A stretch of DNA of 40,512 nucleotides from Candidatus Staskawiczbacteria bacterium. GTDB lineage: Bacteria > Patescibacteriota > Minisyncoccia > Minisyncoccales > Staskawiczbacteraceae. Position 1 is the stretch's first letter, and each line of letters opens with the position of its first letter. The notes beneath the pieces were generated by a model, which did not search any database, was not told where the DNA came from, and worked only from the letters and a program-made list of their open reading frames with translations. Of this stretch, positions 9,010 to 17,900 are shown in pieces. The stretch is from positions 1 through 40,512 of the forward strand of contig CAIYRH010000013.1 of the NCBI GenBank assembly GCA_903928565.1, in the 5' to 3' direction. A program made the position numbers and the translations under genes.

Positions 9010-10968
9010 TTAGTACATGTTTACAGAAGGTGTTCTGTAATCTGTTAATCCCCAGTCTTGGCTGGCTGTTACTCCTCCTACGCTCCAGTCAATTTCATAG
9101 ACTTCGAACCATACATATCCGCTGTTTGTGCCTCTTGAAATAGAAGCGTTAACAGTGACTGTTGCTGTTGTTCCGTCTGGTGAAGTGTCTGTATTAGGTG
9201 AAACTGTAACATCTTCTGCTATTGTTCCAAGAGTTGATCCTGAAGCATAACAAGCTGTGCTGTTACAAGCTTTAACTTTTACAGTTGCTGTTGCAAGTTT
9301 TGTCAAAGCGGCGCCATCTCCTTTAGCGTTAAAGGTGATTGTACCTGAGGCATTACTTGCTGTTGGAGTTGTAGCGTTGTAAGAATATGCAGATGTTAAT
9401 GGTGAAGCAAGTGTTAATACAGCTGCTTTACCGTTATACAAATACATTTCTTTTCCTGTGATTGCAGATCCTGTTGCTGCTGTTGATGTCAAATTTGGCT
9501 TATTGTATAAAATACCATAAGTTGCATCTGTTGGGTCAGCAATAGAGAAGATAACTCCTTTTCCATTGTCTGATGTTGCCAATACAGCAAGGTCAGCCTT
9601 TACTGTCAATGTCTTTGTAGCGTCTTGTGGGACATTGATTGTAAGGTTTGTGAAATGTGCCTTTGCGGCAGTTAATGACAATGAACCCAATAATGTGTTG
9701 CCATCATACAATTTTACAGCATTTACAGCTGCGATACCTGCTGCATCTCCTGTAGCTGTAACAGTTACATCAGTTATTACTGAAGCTCCTGTTGTTGACT
9801 TTGTATCAAAGACCAACATTGGAACGTCTGTTGTTCCGTTTGTTGAATCAATTTTTACTGAAGCTGCTACTGGTGTGCTTGTGTTTGCTGTAGCTGCTAA
9901 TGTTGAAGTGTTTACTGTTGCGTATGCTACAGTGTATTGTTTGTAGTTAGCTGTAGGAATTCCGGATGAAAGACTTGCGTCTAAACCAGCTGATCTGTTT
10001 ACTCCTGAACCATCTGTTGCACCAATAGCATCTGTAGTTCCATACAAGGCAACTTTTAATACTCTTGATGTTTCTAATGATGGAGCGAAATCAGCGTTGA
10101 TTGTCAACGTTCTTGTTGTGTTTCCAGGAACTCTAAAGCTGAATCCTGACAATATTACATAGTACGAGCTACCATCTTTGATAACTGTAGTTGTGTTTAC
10201 TGGGTATGTACCAATTTTTGTTGATCCATCGTAAACATAAAGTGCTTGTACTGTTGTTGCTGGGTGTTCAACAGCTGAGTTCTTTGTTGCTGCCAACTGA
10301 ACTTTTGCGCTGTTAACTACCATGTCAGAACCAATGGCTTTGACGTCTACTCCCAATACTGGGACGTTTGTTGTAGTTGTTACATTTGCATTTGATGCTG
10401 GTGTAGCAGCTAATTCAGGGATTGAAAGGAATCCGATTCCTCCAACTGGTGTATTATTTGCACCTGTTGTGCAGTTGCTGGCAAGTGTCATGCCATTTGG
10501 GCAAAGACCTGTTGATCCAGATCCTGATCCTGCTCCTGCGCCTGTTGATCCACCCATAGCCAATGTTAAAGCGGCTATTGTTCTTGGGCCAACACTACCT
10601 GTGGCTGTAATGCCATGTGCTGTTTGGAATGTTACAACATGGGCCTTTGTATTTGGACCATATGTTCCAACGACTGTGCTTCCAACTATTTGTTGTAAGC
10701 AGCTTACGTCTGAACCTGTGTTACCTACGTATAGGTTTCTTGTGAAAGTTACTCCTACGCATGCACCTGCTCCAGTTGTTCCGGAAGTGCCTTGTAAGCT
10801 TGTTAATTGACTTGTTAATCCGCTGATTAATGTTGTCAAATCTTGTAAGTTACAAGTTGCTGTATTTGTTAAGCTGCATCCGGCTGTTAAGGCCATAGCA
10901 GAAGGAGCAACTACTGCAACCATGGCCAAAGCCAATACGGTTGTTATAATTGTTTTTGAAATACTCAT
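9010..10968 (-). CDS. Secreted S-layer-like surface protein with peptidoglycan-binding-like domain
   Basis: Signal peptide; FTRNLYVGNTGSDVSCLQ...GTYGPNTKAHVVTFQ..HGI..TGSVGPRTIAAL (PG_binding_1-like); Thr/Ser/Ala-rich beta-sandwich body; strong A/T-ending codon bias. Confidence 0.75.
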   Translation of the reverse strand: MSISKTIITTVLALAMVAVVAPSAMALTAGCSLTNTATCNLQDLTTLISGLTSQLTSLQGTSGTTGAGACVGVTFTRNLYVGNTGSDVSCLQQIVGSTVVGTYGPNTKAHVVTFQTAHGITATGSVGPRTIAALTLAMGGSTGAGAGSGSGSTGLCPNGMTLASNCTTGANNTPVGGIGFLSIPELAATPASNANVTTTTNVPVLGVDVKAIGSDMVVNSAKVQLAATKNSAVEHPATTVQALYVYDGSTKIGTYPVNTTTVIKDGSSYYVILSGFSFRVPGNTTRTLTINADFAPSLETSRVLKVALYGTTDAIGATDGSGVNRSAGLDASLSSGIPTANYKQYTVAYATVNTSTLAATANTSTPVAASVKIDSTNGTTDVPMLVFDTKSTTGASVITDVTVTATGDAAGIAAVNAVKLYDGNTLLGSLSLTAAKAHFTNLTINVPQDATKTLTVKADLAVLATSDNGKGVIFSIADPTDATYGILYNKPNLTSTAATGSAITGKEMYLYNGKAAVLTLASPLTSAYSYNATTPTASNASGTITFNAKGDGAALTKLATATVKVKACNSTACYASGSTLGTIAEDVTVSPNTDTSPDGTTATVTVNASISRGTNSGYVWFEVYEIDWSVGGVTASQDWGLTDYRTPSVNMY

Positions 10969-11146
10969 TGTTTTTTAATTTTTGTTTATCCTCATCTAAT
11001 TGAATATAAATATTTAATTAGACAAGAACTTATTGTTATTTTTTTTACTTCTCGTCGGCCGACCATTTTTGTTCGCTTTTACTCGCGACTTTACGTACTA
11101 GTCACGAATTTTCACGAAACACGACTCGTCATTTGTGCAGATGAAT

Positions 11147-11204
11147 AATCACCTAGCACGTATTTATTTTCAATAAGTTTGAAAACAAATATGTGCCGGC
11201 GATT
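11147..11204 (-). other. Long stem-loop in the putative 5' leader of the surface-protein gene
   Basis: On the minus strand, AATCGCCGGCACATATTTGTTTTCAA pairs with TTGAAAATAAATACGTGCTAGGTGATT using three G-U pairs. Confidence 0.65.
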
Positions 11205-11218
11205 TTGTACGTTTCTGC

Positions 11219-11938
11219 CTACTTATTAATTAATAATATTTTTTCAAGGGCTTTTGAATAATCACCTTGTTTGTTTAAATCTTCAATTTCTGTTAAAATT
11301 TTCTTTTGATTGTCTGTTAAAGTTGCTTTTTGTAAATCGTCAATTTGGTTTTGAACTACTGTTTGGTATAAATCTTTAACATCGGCGGTGGCAGTTAAGT
11401 CTGTGCCAGGAACGTCTGCTAATGTTTTTAAACTGCTTGCTATATCTTTTATTGTTTGCGGATCTTGATTAGGATTATTTTTTAAGTTTTTTGCTAATTC
11501 CGATGCCTTTGCTTTAATTTCTGTAACCGCCGGTGAAATGCTTTCTGGTGCTTGTGTTTTAGATGCTGTGGCTAAATCGTTTATTTTGCTATGCAAGACT
11601 GCAACTTCTTGGCTTAAAACCATGGGCGAAGTTAACGAAGCTGTTTGTTTTGGAGCTTCTGTTGAAGGCAATAATTTTGTTATTCCAAATATTCCCACAA
11701 CCAACACCATAAACACCGACAAAGCATAGGCTAGCCTGCGAGAATTTGAAATTTGAAATTTGAAATTTGAAATAACGCTCGCAAAAGTAACAGGATTTGC
11801 TTGCCCTTCCGTAGCTTCAGCGAAGGAGGGTGTTTCTAAGATCTGGCTTTTAAGCAAAGAAGCCCATTCTTGTCTGGGTTTGATTTCTTTGAGCTGTCTC
11901 AAAGACTCAATAAGTTGTTTTTGTGTGATTTTTGTCAT
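11219..11938 (-). CDS. Single-pass membrane protein, candidate anti-sigma factor
   Basis: Short basic cytoplasmic N-terminus, one TM helix (LAYALSVFMVLVVGIFGI), helical exported part; immediately downstream of the ECF sigma gene. Confidence 0.55.
   Translation of the reverse strand: MTKITQKQLIESLRQLKEIKPRQEWASLLKSQILETPSFAEATEGQANPVTFASVISNFKFQISNSRRLAYALSVFMVLVVGIFGITKLLPSTEAPKQTASLTSPMVLSQEVAVLHSKINDLATASKTQAPESISPAVTEIKAKASELAKNLKNNPNQDPQTIKDIASSLKTLADVPGTDLTATADVKDLYQTVVQNQIDDLQKATLTDNQKKILTEIEDLNKQGDYSKALEKILLINK
11743..11773. repeat. Heptamer tandem repeat (AATTTGA)x4.4 inside a CDS
   Basis: aatttga aatttga aatttga aatttga aat; encodes ISNFKFQISNS on the minus strand. Confidence 0.9.
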
Positions 11939-11958
11939 ATGGTGCTGTGTATAGGTAT

Positions 11959-11985
11959 GACGCTCTAGCCTTATGATTTGTTACA
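11959..11985 (-). promoter_or_regulatory. ECF-type promoter
   Basis: TGTAAC-N17-CGTC, matching the SigX/SigW-class consensus, about 20 nt upstream of the ATG at 11938. Confidence 0.7.
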
Positions 11986-11988
11986 ATA

Positions 11989-12516
11989 TTATGATTCTTG
12001 CACTATGTCTTTTAAATCCTTTAGCCCCCTGTGCAACATTACCCTAATTGTACCTGCTGGCCTGCCTAGCAATTCGGCAATGTTCTCAATTGGCATGTCT
12101 TCTAAATAATGCAGAATAATTATGTCCTGGTGCTCTTTGCTAAGCTTCTTTATGGCGTTTTTAATAGTGCTAATGTCCGCACCCAGAATTGCCTTGTCCT
12201 GGGGGCTTGTCTTAGGGTCGGCAATGTCCGGGCTGGCATCAACTGAAACCACGTTTGCCCTACCCTTGCTTCTGTAGTGGTCTATAACAGCGTTTCTAGC
12301 TATTTGATATAAAAAGGCACCCATATTCTTAATTTCGAGTTTCGAATTTCGAGTTTCGAATTTCGCTTTGTAGGCTTCCCAGCCCTTAGTAAACACCTTA
12401 GACGTAACATCCTCGGCTGTTTCCTGGGAATCAACCTTTAGGTAAACAAACCTATATATTTTATCAATATATTGGTCGTAAATCTGACTAAATTGTTCGT
12501 TTAAGCTATCTGTCAT
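11989..12516 (-). CDS. ECF (sigma-70 group 4) RNA polymerase sigma factor
   Basis: Region 2: YIDKIYRFV...AEDVTSKVF...FLYQIARNAVIDHYR. Region 4: IENIAELLGRPAGTIRVMLHRG. Confidence 0.95.
   Translation of the reverse strand: MTDSLNEQFSQIYDQYIDKIYRFVYLKVDSQETAEDVTSKVFTKGWEAYKAKFETRNSKLEIKNMGAFLYQIARNAVIDHYRSKGRANVVSVDASPDIADPKTSPQDKAILGADISTIKNAIKKLSKEHQDIIILHYLEDMPIENIAELLGRPAGTIRVMLHRGLKDLKDIVQES
12331..12365. repeat. Heptamer tandem repeat (ARTTTCG)x5 inside the sigma factor gene
   Basis: aatttcg agtttcg aatttcg agtttcg aatttcg; encodes KFETRNSKLEI. Confidence 0.9.
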
Positions 12517-12526
12517 TTAAGGCTTA

Positions 12527-12555
12527 ATATTACAATAAAATTAATTAAAAGTCAA
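12527..12555 (-). promoter_or_regulatory. Sigma-70 promoter of the ECF sigma gene (near-leaderless)
   Basis: TTGACT-N17-TAATAT ending 10 nt before the ATG. Confidence 0.65.
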
Positions 12556-12617
12556 TACTTTTGACATAAATGTCCCAACCAACGTCATTATGTCCTAACT
12601 CCCCTATTTTTGTCCTA

Positions 12618-13244
12618 TTATGTCCCACCTTTAATTTTATAAACAACTTGGTTAAAGTCACCCTCTCTGACTATTCTGCCTGCCCCTAACAGCTCGTCTA
12701 AATCTCTTCTAATTGTTCTTTTGGTTACGCTGGGAAGAATTGTTTGCAAGTCCATAACCTGCGCTTTGGCATTTTTTTCTAAATATTCTATAATTTGCCT
12801 TTGCCTCGCCGTAAGTTTACCTGAAGGCGGGCCTTGCCTCGCCGTAAGTTTTTCTAACGGCCGGCTTTGGCTAGGTGCTTTTACTTCTTCTGGCTGTTCA
12901 ATAATAATGGGAGCATTCCGGTGCACCGGCATTACTAATTTAAACTCTGCTTTTAATTTATCGTATTCATTTGCAACAATTAAGTAATTAACGGCGTTTA
13001 ACCAACCTTGCGCTTTTCCAATCCATAAATAGCCCAAAAGAATGTCTATGTCCTCTAAAAGTTGCGCTTTGGTTTTTTCTTTTTGAAAAGACAGCCAGCC
13101 CGAAGTTTCGTGCATTAAAATTAAACTTTCTAAAATTGCCAGCGCTTTTTCTTTGGCGCGGTTTTTTAACGGGTCAACTTCTGGAAAAAATTCCAAAACT
13201 TTGTAAACGGTGTTTGTTAATTTTATAAATTCTTCTTTATTCAT
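12618..13244 (-). CDS. Helical-bundle N-terminal domain fused to a DeoR-type winged HTH
   Basis: C-terminal LTARQRQIIEYL...LPSVTKRTIRRDLDELL..G; the N-terminus resembles four-helix-bundle proteins (LTNTVYKVLEFFPE.DPL). Confidence 0.75.
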   Translation of the reverse strand: MNKEEFIKLTNTVYKVLEFFPEVDPLKNRAKEKALAILESLILMHETSGWLSFQKEKTKAQLLEDIDILLGYLWIGKAQGWLNAVNYLIVANEYDKLKAEFKLVMPVHRNAPIIIEQPEEVKAPSQSRPLEKLTARQGPPSGKLTARQRQIIEYLEKNAKAQVMDLQTILPSVTKRTIRRDLDELLGAGRIVREGDFNQVVYKIKGGT

Positions 13245-13380
13245 TAAATTAAATTATTCTTAAAACTAACAAAAAACTAACCAAAAGTCAAAGGGCTTCC
13301 TTTATAAAAACGTTTGTTAATTATTGCACACTTTTTTGCACAATTCAACAGTGAATAAATGATCAGCTTCGCCAAGCCCT

Positions 13381-13421
13381 GCTCTGCAAAAATTAGACGA
13401 TCGTCCAATTTTTGCAGAGCT
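13381..13421. repeat. 41-bp palindromic direct repeat, copy 1
   Basis: GCTCTGCAAAAATTAGACGATCGTCCAATTTTTGCAGAGCT: a 40-bp palindrome with one mismatched pair, identical to 13992-14032. Confidence 0.97.
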
Positions 13422-13440
13422 AATAATACAAGAGTATAAT
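13412..13440 (+). promoter_or_regulatory. Sigma-70 promoter whose -35 lies inside the palindrome
   Basis: TTGCAG-N17-TATAAT with the ATG 6 nt later (leaderless). Confidence 0.6.
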
Positions 13441-13446
13441 ATAATA

Positions 13447-13983
13447 ATGTCACCATTTAAACAAAAAATATTATTGTTGCTTTTAGGTGGTTTATCCTTT
13501 GGATGCTCCTATACTGCTCGAAATCAATGGAAGGTTATTAAAACCGTATCACGCGAATGGAAAAAAATTGACAAAAAAGAACTGCATAAAGAAATATCTA
13601 GCCTATATCACTCTAAATTAGTTAAAAAGACAGAAAATCAAGATGGCACATATACTTTTACGTTAACAGATAAGGGGCGGTTAAAGGCGTTAACATACAA
13701 TTTTGAAAAACTAACGATTAAACAGAAAGATTGGGACGGAAAGTGGAGGTTTATAATCTTTGATATCCCGGAGAAATTTAGAGTTGGCAGGAACGCTTTA
13801 CGCGAAAAGATTAAAAAATTAGGATTTTACGAGCTCCAAAAAAGCATCTTTATATTCCCCTACGAATGCTCCAATGAGACTGAATTTATTGTAGAATTTT
13901 TTGGAATAAACAAATATGTTCGCTATGGAACAATGGACTTCATAGATGACGATGTTTATTTAAAAAATCATTTTAAATTATAG
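13447..13983 (+). CDS. PaaX-like protein (winged HTH plus Cas2/VapD-like ferredoxin fold)
   Basis: LTDKG wing, then WDGKWRFIIFDIPEK...RNALREKIKKLGFYELQKSIFIFPY. Confidence 0.85.
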   Translation: MSPFKQKILLLLLGGLSFGCSYTARNQWKVIKTVSREWKKIDKKELHKEISSLYHSKLVKKTENQDGTYTFTLTDKGRLKALTYNFEKLTIKQKDWDGKWRFIIFDIPEKFRVGRNALREKIKKLGFYELQKSIFIFPYECSNETEFIVEFFGINKYVRYGTMDFIDDDVYLKNHFKL

Positions 13984-13991
13984 AAATATCA

Positions 13992-14032
13992 GCTCTGCAA
14001 AAATTAGACGATCGTCCAATTTTTGCAGAGCT
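13992..14032. repeat. 41-bp palindromic direct repeat, copy 2
   Basis: Identical to 13381-13421; starts 8 nt after the stop codon. Confidence 0.97.
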
Positions 14033-14036
14033 TAAG

Positions 14037-14045
14037 TTATCCACA
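14037..14045 (+). promoter_or_regulatory. DnaA-box match
   Basis: Perfect TTATCCACA, with an inverted partial partner CTGTGGAT at 14053-14060. Confidence 0.45.
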
Positions 14046-14126
14046 GGTGCTACTGTGGATTTTATGTTTAAGAAAATTGTAAAATAAAAGAATTTAAAAA
14101 AAATTTAAACTCCTGTAAAAAATATC

Positions 14127-14921
14127 ATGAACACATTTTTACAATCGGCAAATAAGTTGGGAAAGATTTTTATTATGTTTTTGCTGGCGTATCTTCTTAC
14201 AGGAATATTTTTTGCCCAAAACAAAGTCCAGTTAATAATTGGGCTTTTTGTTTTAATTTTTATTACCCTGCCCACTATTTATTTATTATATTTTAAGAAG
14301 AAATTCCCACAGCTTAACGGCGTTTGGAAAATTTACCGCATTTTCTACATAATTTTTATTGTTGCTTATGTTGCCTTTTATTTTGTTGGAGTTTGGCGCG
14401 CAGACCAGCAAAACAAAACCCAAGCAACAATTGATTTTATAAACAGCAAAAAAATTACAATGGATGATGTAATGGGCAAAAACTTGCCGCCACAGCCCAA
14501 CCAACAATTAAACGATTCAACAATTGCCGGCATTGATGCAAATAATAATTATATTAGAGATGATGTTGAATTAGCAATTTTTAAAGAATACCCCAATTCC
14601 GCCAAAATCCGCTCCGCCGAATTGCAATATGCTCAAGAAATTCAGATAAAACTGACGTCCGTTTACGATACCAATACATGGCTTGCCGCAATGAAAAAAA
14701 TAAATAACGGCATATCTTGTATGGTAGATTCTGCCTTTAACAAATTTGCAGATACAAACTCTCGAATCAAACAACCGCAAATATGGCAAGGAGGAATAGA
14801 TACTTCGCAATTCAATACTAGGTTGCGACAAGAAAAAATAAAAAAATTAGAAACATATAGCAGCGCATATGTGACAGGATCTGGAGTATGCGACATTCCT
14901 ATTAGTGAAATGAGCGATTAG
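14127..14921 (+). CDS. Membrane-anchored hypothetical protein with a Ca-binding-like DxNxNxxRDDVE motif
   Basis: Three N-terminal TM helices; LPPQPNQQLNDSTIAGIDANNNYIRDDVELAI; two Cys in the exported part. Confidence 0.75.
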   Translation: MNTFLQSANKLGKIFIMFLLAYLLTGIFFAQNKVQLIIGLFVLIFITLPTIYLLYFKKKFPQLNGVWKIYRIFYIIFIVAYVAFYFVGVWRADQQNKTQATIDFINSKKITMDDVMGKNLPPQPNQQLNDSTIAGIDANNNYIRDDVELAIFKEYPNSAKIRSAELQYAQEIQIKLTSVYDTNTWLAAMKKINNGISCMVDSAFNKFADTNSRIKQPQIWQGGIDTSQFNTRLRQEKIKKLETYSSAYVTGSGVCDIPISEMSD

Positions 14922-14934
14922 TTAAGAGGTAAAA

Positions 14935-17900
14935 ATGAAGAAAATACTACTATTAATATTTTTTTTATTACTCATCCCAAAAATAATTCGGGCCGATACC
15001 TGTAGCCCGAATAATTATACGGCCATATTTGTAAATGGAATATTTACCAGCCAACAGTCTTATGCCGATTTGGATAGAAAATTACTTTCCAATTTATACC
15101 AAGAACGCACAGGGAAAACGAACGTGACTTTCTTAACAGGGTTTAACCCATCGCATGGGAGCGGGGCAATTGATGTAATTGAATCGGCAACGCAAATGTA
15201 TGCTGGTGGTTATTTAGACCACGACTTAACTGATATTTTAAGGCAAATTCACGGCGACCTAAAAACTCAAAAAGTTATTTTAGTTGGGCATTCTCAAGGC
15301 ACTTTTTATACCAATGCAGCCTACGACTACTTGGTGGCTCATGGCGTAAATAAAAATTCTATTGCCGTGTATAATGTTGCAACTCCCGCAGACAGAGTTG
15401 CAGGCGACGGAAAATATTTAACTTCTAGCACAGACGAGGTTATAAATTCTATTGTTAGAAATTTGACAACAGCGGCAAGCGCCAAAAAACCATTACCCGC
15501 GAACATAAATATAAAAATCCCAAATGAAAAAGGCGTTGATTACGAAGGCGGCCATTCTTTTAGCCAAGTTTATTTGGGGCTGGCACCAGACAAAATAATT
15601 GGCGACATTGACGAAGCAATAAATGGGCTAACTGCAGGCGAAGATAAAGAAAATTGCTTTGTCCAACCGGAAATTGATGCACTTTACAGGGTTTTCGACG
15701 AAGGTTATTTGCTTGCCGACGATGTTGGAAAATACAGCAACTATGCCGCCACAATGCCTTATGGGCCCAACCAATTAATTAGCATATCTAACACGGTGTT
15801 TAAATATTTATATGATTTTGGAAAAGGAATTGTGTTTAATGTGTCGCAAGTCTTAGCGCAAGGTAAATTGTTAGGGGCTTCCCTGCTAATTCCAAATAAT
15901 CCACCAAGCGCGCCGAAAGCTGTTGTGTCTGAACCGCCGCCGCCAGTTGTGCCACCGGCTGAGCCTGCCAACAATGAAGTTGTTCCTCCACCAGAAAGCA
16001 GGCAAGACCAAATTGACGACATGCTCGATGAATTAGATTTGATAAACCAGCGATTGCAAGTTTTAATTGCTCAAGAAAACCAAGACAAAAAACCAGACGA
16101 TGCCAACAAAAAAGACGATACCAACAAAAATAAAAAACCACCTCAAACTCAAAATACTTATACAAATTATCCTAAAATTTTAATTTCTGAAGTTCAGGTT
16201 GCGCCAGTTGCACAACGTTTTGTTGAATTATTTAACCCAAATGAAAGTGCCATTTCTTTGACTGGCTGGTATTTGCAAAGAAAAGACAGCAACGATACTG
16301 CATGGGGCTCACTCGTTTCTTCAACAAATTTTAGCGGGAAAATAATTCCTGCCAATGGTTATTTTTTAATTTCCCGAGAATTTGTTGGCTCTGACATTTT
16401 GTCTGGCATAACTTTAAGTAACAACAATGTTTTAGCCCTAAAAAATCCAAACGAAGAAATTTCTGACAAAGTTGGTTTTGGAAATGCAATTGAGTCAGAA
16501 ACAGCGCCAACGAGTAATCCAAATTTAGTGCAAAGCATTGGCCGAAAAGTTTTAACCGCGGGCACAGAACAAGATACAGATAATAATTTAGCAGATTTTG
16601 AGCTAGACACCCCAACTCCAAAAGCACAAAATGTAACCTATGTTGCTCCCCCACCAGAGCCACCAACAACGCCAACTGTTGCAAGCATTACAACTTACAA
16701 TGTGAGCAATTCAACTATTTCTCCAAATGGTGACCTTGTTGACGACACAACAAACATTGATTTAGCATTTTCGGAAGATGTAAAAGTTACTTTAGATATT
16801 GTTGATTCGGCCGGAGTATTAGTTAAAAACATTTACACCTCTGACAAAGTTAAAAATCCCGCTACAAAAATTTGGAATGGAAGAAATAATGCTGGCGATT
16901 TAGTTCCAAATGGCGTTTACACAATTAAAGTTGCATTTAATGCATTTGATGACACAACCGGCAACTTAATTACCGACACAACCCAAACAATTACCGTAAA
17001 TGTGCCGCCAGTAATTTTAAGCAACGATGCAAGCGTAACTTCTGCCGTTTATACAATTAGCCCGCTTGTAAATGGAGCTGGCACAATTAAAGGCGTGTCA
17101 TACATGACTTCTAAGACAAGCTTTCTGGCGAATTTAATTTATGCAACAGGGGCAAGCCTAGATAATTCTAGTAATTTTAGCAACCCAGTTTCAACTGGAA
17201 ATAAATTGGTTGTTGTAGCCCAAGATGGAACAACCAAAGCAACCTACACAATTACAGTAGACACTACAAATTGGGCGCAAGGCGTTGTAGACCATTTATC
17301 GGGCCCAAATTTTGTTTTTCACTTTAATGATTTTTTACCTAACCAGGGCGCTGCATGCAGGTTTAATTTGAAAATTTTCAGAGACGTTTACCCCGGCAAA
17401 AAAAATGAGCAAGGCGTTGGCTCTGGCGGGTGCTCGGGATATTACGCACCATATAATTTGAATATGTCTAATTCAACAGTCCCGGGTGAATATGTTTTTT
17501 ATGTGTCTTATTGTGGCGGGAATAGTTGCTCACTAAATAGCGACGACGACCCGGTTGGAGATTATTACAGATTGATATTTGACGGCACCAATTGGAATTC
17601 CGTTGCCGTTGACCCAACCAAAACCAGATTAAGCAACGACGTAGCGGTAACCGCTTCAAATACTTACATTATAAGCGAAATTACTTCTGCAACTTATGCT
17701 TCTGGCGTTTTTACCGGCGGCACTGCAACAATTAAAAATGTTAGAAGTGCAACGCCAAAAGCAACTTTTGTAACTGCTTTTACGCCGGTGCCAGGAGCAA
17801 CTATAGATTATTCAAATCTCAGCGATCCTGTAAAAGATGGAGATACTTTTACCGCCACCGCTGAAAATGGAATTGCTAAAGTAGTTTATAAAGTTATTGT

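Noticed and set aside
13381-14032. CRISPR array with Cas2
   Set aside because: Only two repeats, separated by 570 bp containing a gene; no cas1 or other cas genes, and the protein has an extra wHTH.
13322-14062. Replication origin from DnaA-box-like words (TTTTGCACA 13334, TTATCCACA 14037)
   Set aside because: Few boxes, split by a gene, no dnaA/dnaN nearby, and skew cannot be assessed.
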